DNA from: the human T2T-CHM13v2.0 reference genome, Homo sapiens
Direction: 5' to 3' (one strand)
Assembly: GCF_009914755.1 (NCBI RefSeq)
Contig: NC_060927.1
Length of the DNA: 64,000 bases
This document shows positions 55,926 through 64,000 of the stretch, piece by piece. The translations under genes and the position numbers were made by a program. Each line of letters starts with the position of its first letter. Positions within the stretch are counted from its first letter, which is position 1. The notes beneath the pieces were generated by a model. The model worked only from the letters and a program-made list of their open reading frames with translations. It ran no database searches and was not told the DNA's origin.

Positions 55926-56478
55926 TGTGTATGGTAGTTTAGAAAAAAAAATGGCCACAAGTGTGTTGACACTGTCCCATCAAGAGGTGGAGTTGATGTT
56001 CTCACTCCTTGACTCTAGACAGACTTGTAACTACTTTGACCAATAGAGTATGATGGAAGTGACACTATGTGAGTGCTAAGACTAAGTCACAAAAGACCAT
56101 GCAGTGTTTACTTGCTTCTCTTGGAATGCTCAGTCTTGTAACACTTGTGAACTCCAGTCATCATGCTGTGAGAAGTGCAAGCCACATGGAGAGACCACAT
56201 ATGAGTGCTTCAGTTGACAGCACTGGTGGAGCCCAGTCTTCAAGTCATCTCAGCCCAAGTACCAGGCATGGGACTGAAGAGGCCTGCAGATGTGTCAGCC
56301 CCCAGTTGTTGTAGTCTCCCCTGCTGAGACTCCAGACACTGTGGAACAGAGAAAAGCCATTCCTGCTATATTCTGCTTTAAGTCCTGACCCACAGCATCT
56401 GTGAGCTAATAAAATGATTGTTGTGTTAGGCCACTAAGTTTGTGGTGCTTCATTATACTGCAATAGATAAGTGGAACA
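55926..56478 (+). mobile_element. MLT1F/G-type solo LTR
   Basis: AATGGCCACA...CCCATCAAGAGGTGGAG...TTGACCAATAGAGTATG...GCAATAGATAAGTGGAACA. Confidence 0.85.
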
Positions 56479-56844
56479 ACGTGGACAGGATGTGTACTTC
56501 TTGTCTAGGAGGTTGAGCTTCATTCTCAGTTACAAAACCTATATGGGTGCCTGAAAGTCATTTGAGTTCCAGCCCGCTGCTCTCCCTACCCATTGAAGCT
56601 CATGCTTGCTGTTAGCTGTGCAGAAACACTAACCATGGGTATCAAAGTGACACTGGCCCTAATTGGTTGGATGATCTGAGAGACCTGAGGAGGGTTTCTG
56701 CCTAGTGTGGAAATCTCCTCCCACAGACACTCAGGTTTGTCAAAAACACCTTGAAGAATGTGCTCTCAATTCTGGATGCTGCTGGAATACCGAAGAATTC
56801 TTCCCATGTGCATCTATGTTCATTTAAAAATAACTTTTAAAATA

Positions 56845-57059
56845 TTATTTATTTATTATTTTTAAAAATTTTTGAGAAAAGGTCTCATTCTTTCACCCAG
56901 GTGGGAATGCACTGACATAATTATGGCTTACTGCAGCCTCGACCTCCTGGGCTCAAGTGATCCTCCCACCTCAGCCTCCTGGGTAGCCACCATGCCTGAC
57001 TAATTTTTTTGTACTTTTTTTTTGTAGAGATGGGGTTTTGCCATGTTGGCCAGGCTGGA
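56845..57059 (-). mobile_element. AluJ, 5'-truncated with an internal deletion
   Basis: CTGCAGCCTCGACCTCCTGGGCTCAAGTGATCCTCCCACCTCAGCC. Confidence 0.88.
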
Positions 57060-57500
57060 AAAATATCTTTTAAAAGTGGTAATGCATATTCATTATATCA
57101 TGAACTGAAAATACAGACATACTCAAAGAAGAAAGCAAAAAACATCTATAATGCCATCCAATGACACATGCTGTTAACAACTTTCAAACTTCCTTTATTG
57201 AGTGTAAATCATATGACTCATTTGTATATAATATAATGTGATGCATAATTATTATAATAAAATTCACAAATATGTATAATATATATATTAACATAATGGG
57301 ATTATACTATCTATATTATTCTATAACTTTCTTTAACCCAACTATTGTTGAAATTGTTTTGTGCCTCTGTATAAAGCCCTAATTTATTTGTACTGATTGC
57401 ATAAGATTCATTGTCTGATTGTCTGTAGTTTATTGCTTCCCTTGTTGATGGATATTTACAGTTTTCTTACTTCTGTTGTAAAAATTACATTGCATCACCG
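57060..57500 (-). mobile_element. ancient L1ME-like 3' remnant
   Basis: AATGGGATTATACTAT...TTCTATAAC...GATGGATATTTA. Confidence 0.5.
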
Positions 57501-57616
57501 TCCAGTGATAGTACCTCAGTGGTTCAGGCTGGCTGTTGGTTGTTGCAACTCCTTGTCTGTTGCACATCTCAGTCACTTTTTAATAGGAAATGTTTTCACT
57601 TCTCTCCCGCTCCTTC

Positions 57617-57648
57617 AACACACACACACACACACGCACGTGCACACA
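57617..57648. repeat. (CA)n microsatellite
   Basis: Seen directly in the sequence. Confidence 0.9.
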
Positions 57649-58419
57649 TAAAGGAATTCAGTGGGAGAACACACACGAACACACAGGGAAATCCCACAGA
57701 ACTCGACAATGGGATTTTGAGATTAGATGCTTTCAAAAGGGAGCAGGCTGTTGCCTTCTCAGATTTTGTACAGGGTTGCAACATCTGCTCCTCTGACAAA
57801 AGAAATATTTAAAAATGCTGTGGAAACTAGGTTAGGCCAAACTTGAAAAGTTTTTCCTTCCCTCACTGTTGAATTTGTAAATATATTCCCTATGCTTTTT
57901 TGTAAATGCAAAATGTCAGCATAAATGTGGAATAAAAATAGGCTGGTTAGCCTGTTGCTTTGGCTTCTCTAAAATGGAGGAAATAAAATAGAAACTTAAA
58001 ATAGTGTGTTCAGGAATGAAGCTTTTTTTTTTTTTTTTTTGCCTTCAAGCAAAAGGTAAAAAATAACTGCCTTGCTTTTTGTTACTGCTTTTTAAAAAAT
58101 CAAGTTGCTTTTTGTTAACAATTGTTAGAATCAGTAGCTTAGGCTATTTCTGGCATTCTTTGCTGGAGTATTCTGCAAACCTTTCACAAGACAATATCAA
58201 TGTTGCTCAGAAGCACTTGGAATTTGGGATTTCTCCATGATGAGAGAAAAGAAAGCTGAAAGGGGCTCTCTCCTTTGCTATAGTTTGGACTTCATTTGTT
58301 ACCTTTCCAGCAGCTCAGGGTATTTCACAGCCTGAGGCATTAACTTAGAACTGGGTGAGTGACTCCTTTTTGATGAGAGGGTAAGTGTGGAGGAAGTTAG
58401 AGGTTGGGGAGCTGAGCTT

Positions 58420-58620
58420 AGGTTTTGTTGTCAATCTAGTTAAGTTAGAAACTCAGTTCCATCATTTACTTGCTGTGACACCTGGAGTGTAATTGAACCT
58501 TTTTGAACCTTAGTTTCCTATTTTATATGATGTAGATGGCATGGGGTCAGCTTTGTGAGGAATGTAGGTGGTAAACATAAAATAAGTGGCACATAATAAA
58601 CACTCACAAATGTTAGTTTG
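58420..58620 (+). mobile_element. MIR SINE
   Basis: GCTGTGACACCTGG...GAACCTTAGTTTCC...GGCACATAATAAACACTC. Confidence 0.7.
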
Positions 58621-58645
58621 TGTCTCTGATTAAGACCACCAATTT

Positions 58646-59607
58646 TTTTTACTTAATTAAAATTTACTTTATTTATTTATTTATTTTTATTATACTTTAA
58701 GTTCTGGGATACATGTGCAGAAAGTGCAGGTTTGTTATATAGGGATACATGTGCCATGGTGGTTTGCTGCACCCATCAACCAGTCATCTACATTAGGTAT
58801 TTATCCTAATGCTATCACTCCCCTAGCCCCCACCCACCGACAGGCCCCGGTGTGTGATGTTCCCCTCCCTGTGTCCATGTGTTCTCACTGTTCAACTCCT
58901 ACTTATGAGTGAGAACATGTGGTATTTGGTTTTCTGTTCCTGTGTTAGTTTGCTGAGAATGATGGTTTCCAGCTTCATCCACATCCCTGCAAAGGACATG
59001 AACTCATCCCTTTTTATGGTTGCATAGTATTCCGTGGTATATATGTGCCAGACTCTCTTCATCCAGTCTATCATTGGTGGGCATTTGGGTTGGTTCCAAG
59101 TCTTTGCTATTGTGAACAGTGCTGCAATGGGCGGATCACAAGGTCAGGAGATCGAGACCATCCTGGCTAACACGGTGAAACCCCGTCTCTACTAAAAATA
59201 CAAAAAAAATTAGCCAGGCGTGGTGGCGCCTGTAGTCCCAGCTACTCGGGGGTTGAGGCAGGAGAATGGCATCAACCCAGGAGGTGGAGCTTGCAGTGAG
59301 CCGAGATCGCGCCACTGCACTCCAGCCTGTGCGACAGAGCAAGACTCCATCTCAAAACAAAAAAACAAACAAAAGAAAAAAAAAACATACGTGTGCATGT
59401 GTCTTTATAGTAGCACGATTTATAATCCTTTGGGTATATACCCAGTAATGCGATTGCTGGGTCAAGTGGTATTTCTGGTTCTAGATCCTTGAAGAATCGC
59501 CACACTGTCTTCCACAATGGTTGAGCTAATTTACACTCCCACCAACAGTGTAAAAGCGTTCCTATTTCTCCACATCCTCTCCAGCATCTGTTGTTTCCTG
59601 ACTTTTT
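58646..59607 (-). mobile_element. L1PA7-like 3' end (about 700 nt of L1) containing an AluY
   Basis: CTTTAAGTTCTGGGATACATGTGCAG...CCATGGTGGTTTGCTGCACCCATCAAC; ends at TTGTTTCCTGACTTTTT. Confidence 0.93.
59129..59382 (+). mobile_element. AluY, 5'-truncated, no visible TSD
   Basis: Starts GGGCGGATCAC; GAGATCGAGACCATCCTGGCTAACACGG. Confidence 0.93.
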
Positions 59608-59845
59608 TTTTTTTTTTGCTCACTGCAACCTCTGCCTCCCTTGTTCAAGTGATTCTCCTGCCTCAGCCTCCCGAGTAGCTGAGATTACAGGCGCCCACCA
59701 CCGCGCCTGGCTGATTTTTGTATTTTTAGCAGAGGTGGGGTTTCACCATCTTGGCCAGGCTGGTCTGAAACTCCTGACCTCGTGATCCACCCACCTTGGC
59801 CTCCCAAAGTGCTGAGATTACAGGCGTGAGCCACCGCTCCTGGCC
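59603..59845 (-). mobile_element. AluS (Sg-like) with an intact 5' end, lacking about 50 nt before its A tract
   Basis: T-run joined directly to GCTCACTGCAACC; ends CCACCGCTCCTGGCC. Confidence 0.93.
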
Positions 59846-60242
59846 GAGACCACCATTTTGAATATCACACGTAATGAGCCAGAGAAAATGATGTTCACTG
59901 GAACTCTCCAGAGAAAGTGAAAGGTGTCTCTGAAGGAAAGGATTTTTATGAGTTTAGAGTGGTACTATGCTCTCCCTTTTCCTTTGCCCCAAGGAATTAG
60001 GGTATATTCTAAATCGATTTCATCTGGGTGATACAAGAGATTCTGTTGGTTGTTCAGAGATGTTGAGAGATCAACCAGGAGACTGTGGGAGGATGTGAGC
60101 TCTCTGAGGTAACCTCTCTCCATGTGTCACCCCTGGTCTTCGGGAAGTCTCTCCAATTCAAGAAATGTGCTGTTTTAGTGGTGTCTTTCTTTTGGAAACT
60201 GGTAAAGGGACTGAGGGTGCTGTGGAATTAAAGACAAGCAAG

Positions 60243-60562
60243 GGCCAGGCATAGCGGTTCACACCTGTAATCCGAGCACTTTGGGAGGCCAAGGTGGGAG
60301 GATTATTTGAGGCGTGGAGGTCAAGAACAGCCTGTGTAACATAGCCAGACTTTGTTTCTACGAGAACATAAAATAAAATAAAATAAAATGAAATAATCTG
60401 AATATAGATGCATGCATGTGTGTTCCCAGCTACACAGGAAGCTGAGGCAGGAGGATTGCTTGAGCCCAGGAGTTCGAGTTTATAGTGAGCTGTGATCATG
60501 TCACTGCACACTAGCCTGGGCAACAGAATGAGACCCTGCCTCTCAATAAAAAGAAATAAAGA
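60243..60562 (+). mobile_element. AluJ
   Basis: GGAGGATTGCTTGAGCCCAGGAGTTCGAG; (AAAAT)n linker. Confidence 0.92.
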
Positions 60563-61305
60563 AGACAGAAATTCAGTGGCAATAGAAGCAGGAGGAAATG
60601 AATCTTTGAACTTGCAGATGTTGTGGGAAGACTGTTAACAGTCAATGGAATTGGCAGTCAAGAGAAGTTTAACTGAATCTCTGAGTGGCAAGAGTCAGGA
60701 GAGGTTTAACTGAATATAGGTTAGTTTTTTTCTTTTAAGGTTGTGCATACTTGTGATTAATGTTCCTATTTACATCTTTTTTGGATACTGGTGCAAAACT
60801 GACTTAGCCAAATCACTCAAAATCTTTGAGTCTGACTCTTTTGCCTTCCAGATAGATTAAATAATTCTTTGGCCTGCCAGTATTTTTACTACCTTGTAAA
60901 ATGTTTACTGGCTTTCCCCACAAATCCTGGTGCCTTACTCAGAGGTAACATAGCTGGTAGCAAGGATAGGACAGGGTTTGACGAAATCAACAGTGAATGC
61001 AAGAAATGTTCTTGTTTCCCCAGAATACAATTTCTTTCCATTCTAACCCACTTTTCCCCTGGATCTTGGGCTTGTGCTTATCTGCATGTCTGCATTATTA
61101 TGCATTTTGCTCTATACAGTCTTTTCTGTTCAAAGACACAGGCTGTAAATCAAAAGCTAGAATTGGAATCCAAAGCTTGGGCATAGACTATCCGGGATCA
61201 GTGCTATAGAACAGATTTCAGGTGGAACCAACCAGTAAGGGAAATATTGTAATAAATATACATAAATGGCCAAATCCCTTGTTTCCTCTTCGGCTTAACT
61301 ATATG

Positions 61306-61656
61306 CAGCCTGCATTGCTTAATGTTGGGAGTATGTTCAGAGAAATGCATCATTAGGTAATTTCATCCTTGTCTGGACATCATAGAATGTACTTACACAA
61401 ACCTAGATAGTGTAGCCTAATACACACCCAGGCTATATGGTAGAGCCTATTATTGCTCCTAGGCTACAAACCTGTACAGCATATTACTGTCCTGAATACT
61501 GTAGGCAAGCAATTAAAACACAATGTAAGTATTTGTGTATCTAAACATATACAAACATAGAAAAAGTGCAGTAAAAGTATAGTATCATAATTTTATCCAC
61601 TGTCATATATGTGTGGTCCGTCTTTGACCAAAATGTTGACATGTGATATATGAGTG
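61306..61656 (-). mobile_element. Tigger3a (MER7A) MITE
   Basis: GCTCCTAGGCTACAAACCTGTACAGCAT and ACTTACACAAACCTAGAT; about 350 bp with decayed TIRs and a flanking TA. Confidence 0.9.
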
Positions 61657-62039
61657 TATATTCAACTACCTGTAAATTTTGTTGATATTAACAACTTTAT
61701 TATGGTAATTATTAGAAAGAGGATTAGCTTTGTGCTAAGCCACGTATTAGATGTCCAAACACAGACTATGCATGTAATAAATCAAAGTGTCCCTTAAAAG
61801 ACTGTAGAAAAATAGTTTTATTATAAATAACAATATAACTCATGCATTTGTAATTACAGCTGGTAATAAGGATATAACTAATATTGGACATAGGATGATA
61901 AACTATGGCTTGGCAATTTCAGAAAAAAGTGGCTGGAATAGTAATTGGAATGATCTCTTTCACTAAGATATTATGGGTCCTGCAAATGCTACTGAATGCC
62001 AAAGCTATTAGCCAGAGAAAATTATACTGAGGAAAAGAA

Positions 62040-62260
62040 AATGAATACTTTTGAATACCCATTAAGTTCCAGATACTTAAATATATATAGACTCCTTAAA
62101 TACTCCTAATCTTGTGATATAAGTATTATTATTTTCACAGATGAAGACTTTGAGGGTAAGAGAGGTTAAGGATTTGTCTAATCTCAAATGGCAAGTGAAT
62201 GCAAATGATGGATCTAAAATTCAAACCACATCTGTTTATCTTCTAAATGTATTCTCTTTA
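62040..62260 (-). mobile_element. MIR SINE
   Basis: TTTTCACAGATGAAGAC...AGAGGTTAAG. Confidence 0.75.
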
Positions 62261-63609
62261 CATTAGTCAGAACTCTGTAGGGTTAATGAATTTGATGTAG
62301 AAGATGCTTTGCTTCAACACCAATATAAGAGGTAAAACAAAGGAGTTATCCACAAGTCAAGAAATGAGAAGTTTCAGCTTCACATATTTTGGCAGTTGGC
62401 AAATGCCCATCTTCCATAGCTTCTCTGGCTTTTAGAGAGAAAAGAATACATTCACAAATGTAGTGAAAAGAATGGGACTTGTCAAGGTGTTTTCAGACAT
62501 AGAATGTTGAGAATAAAGATAATGAGTTGGAGATATTAAAAAGAGACAGCCTGACTTCTTAGAGAGGGTTTACAATGTCAATGCACAATCCAAGGGTCTT
62601 TTCTTTCTGAATCCACAAACTAAACTTGTCAGTGCGCTAGATCTGATGAGCCTCAGGGAACTGACTAATATTTAGAATAGACTATTTATTTATTAATTTA
62701 CAAACAAAGCTTTTATTTCCTGTGAACATAATAATGGTGCCCACCACCAAAGAACGTTTTTCTTGGTACTAAGGTAATTGTGCTATAGACTCTGTAACCT
62801 AAGTTTGATTAGTGAATAGACTCAGAAGAAATGGAATTAGGTGACCATGTGGGTACTTTCTCCAGTTCACAGAAGAGAGTGTGCCACTTTAGTGACCAGA
62901 ACATTCTCATATGGTAGAAAACTGCTACAACATTATTGTTCTTTGGTGCCACTTTTCCTAAACTCCACATAGTTCTTACTCCTTTTTAAGAGTCATTTAA
63001 TTCTTTAAACTACTGTTATAAAAATATACACTCTAGTAACCTTAATTGGATCCCCATAAGCCCTCTTTAGTGTCCAGAATGTGGAAAACTCAAGATAATT
63101 AGATACTTATGTCCATTGCCAGTCTCCTCCATTAGTATAAATCTCGGTTTTTACACAAATTCCAAAGTCTGATGCTATCTTCTCGTAGTCATCGTGTATA
63201 TCAACTATAGGCACATCAAGCTTCTCTGAACAGTCTGACCTGACAGTCAGCTTTGAAATAAAATTAGGAAACTCATTGGCTAGAGATTGTTTATAGGGAA
63301 AGAAAGTTAATATAAGACAAATTTGTGAAACTATTTCTGTAAATAAGAATTAGAGAAGAAATGAAATATAGAGGGAGAGCCTGACATGGCATTTTATTTT
63401 GGTCAAGAGGAAACACAGGAAGAAATATTTCCTGGGAGAGAAGCTGTGTTTCTGATGTATCATTTTCATTAAGGATGGCAATAATTTGAAGGACCCATGT
63501 AAACTAAGCCTTATTATTTTTAAACATATTTTAACAATTTCTTTTAAATCATCCAAAGGTAATATGGCATGGTTGGAATTCTGCTTATCCCAATTATGGT
63601 TGTTCTTTA

Positions 63610-63750
63610 TGTAATTGACATATATCTAATGAGCACTCACTATATACACGGGGGGTGTTAGGCACCATGAATAAACAGAATAAGATGGTCTCTTGTTTAT
63701 GGGACGTTTGCTCTAAACCCCATAATAAAATATTCACACAGCAAAGGGTG
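63610..63750 (-). mobile_element. L2 3' end remnant
   Basis: TAATGAGCACTCACTAT...TAGGCACC...GAATAAGATGGTCTCTTG. Confidence 0.6.
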
Positions 63751-64000
63751 ATTTACCACCAAAAGCCATAAATGGGTAACACACCCCACTGTTCAAAAGC
63801 GTTGTGAAAATATTTTGGAGGTCAGAAGCTGTATAAAGTAACATTAAGTCAGGGTAGGGAAGGCAATCAGTGCTATTTACCTCCTAGAAGACATGGGGTA
63901 TTCCCTTCAGGCCACAAGTTCTTGCTAGGGTCCTTAAGTTTCCCAATAGGTTCCTATTTTGAATTTGACTACCTGTGCAGGGCCACATGCTCTTCACTCA

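Noticed and set aside
60650-60716. Imperfect ~35-bp direct repeat ending GTTTAACTGAAT
   Set aside because: Only two copies; probably a local duplication or part of an unrecognised LTR fragment, with no evidence of function.
39560-64000. Inferring a host gene strand from repeat orientation
   Set aside because: LTRs here are + while L1s are -, which give opposite predictions, so no conclusion is possible.

Overview
Repeat-dense, gene-poor primate (catarrhine, probably human) genomic DNA. I recognise no cellular protein-coding gene, RNA gene or CpG island, and I cannot identify the locus. Every ORF I could assign is a decayed fragment of L1 ORF1/ORF2/ORF0, Tigger1 transposase or Alu. About two-thirds of the window is transposon-derived: several L1s, nine Alus, 13 or so LTR/MaLR segments (including MER9, LTR10F, MER34, THE1D, MST, LTR16, LTR33, MLT1), DNA transposons (Tigger1, Tigger3a, MER81, MER112-like) and many MIR/L2 relics. 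The most notable structures are: (1) an apparent Alu-L1 chimeric retro-insertion inside one target-site duplication (58633-59859); (2) a four-layer nest, LTR16 > L1MA > full-length L1PA6 > MER9, with the three inner TSDs legible (14765-26276); (3) an open ORF0 and a chimeric LTR/endonuclease ORF inside that dead L1; (4) an LTR10F with AP-1 site turnover close to a non-repeat OCT-SOX/TALE motif cluster. None of this amounts to a proven new biological system. Subfamily calls come from recalled consensus sequences, and boundaries of old elements are approximate.
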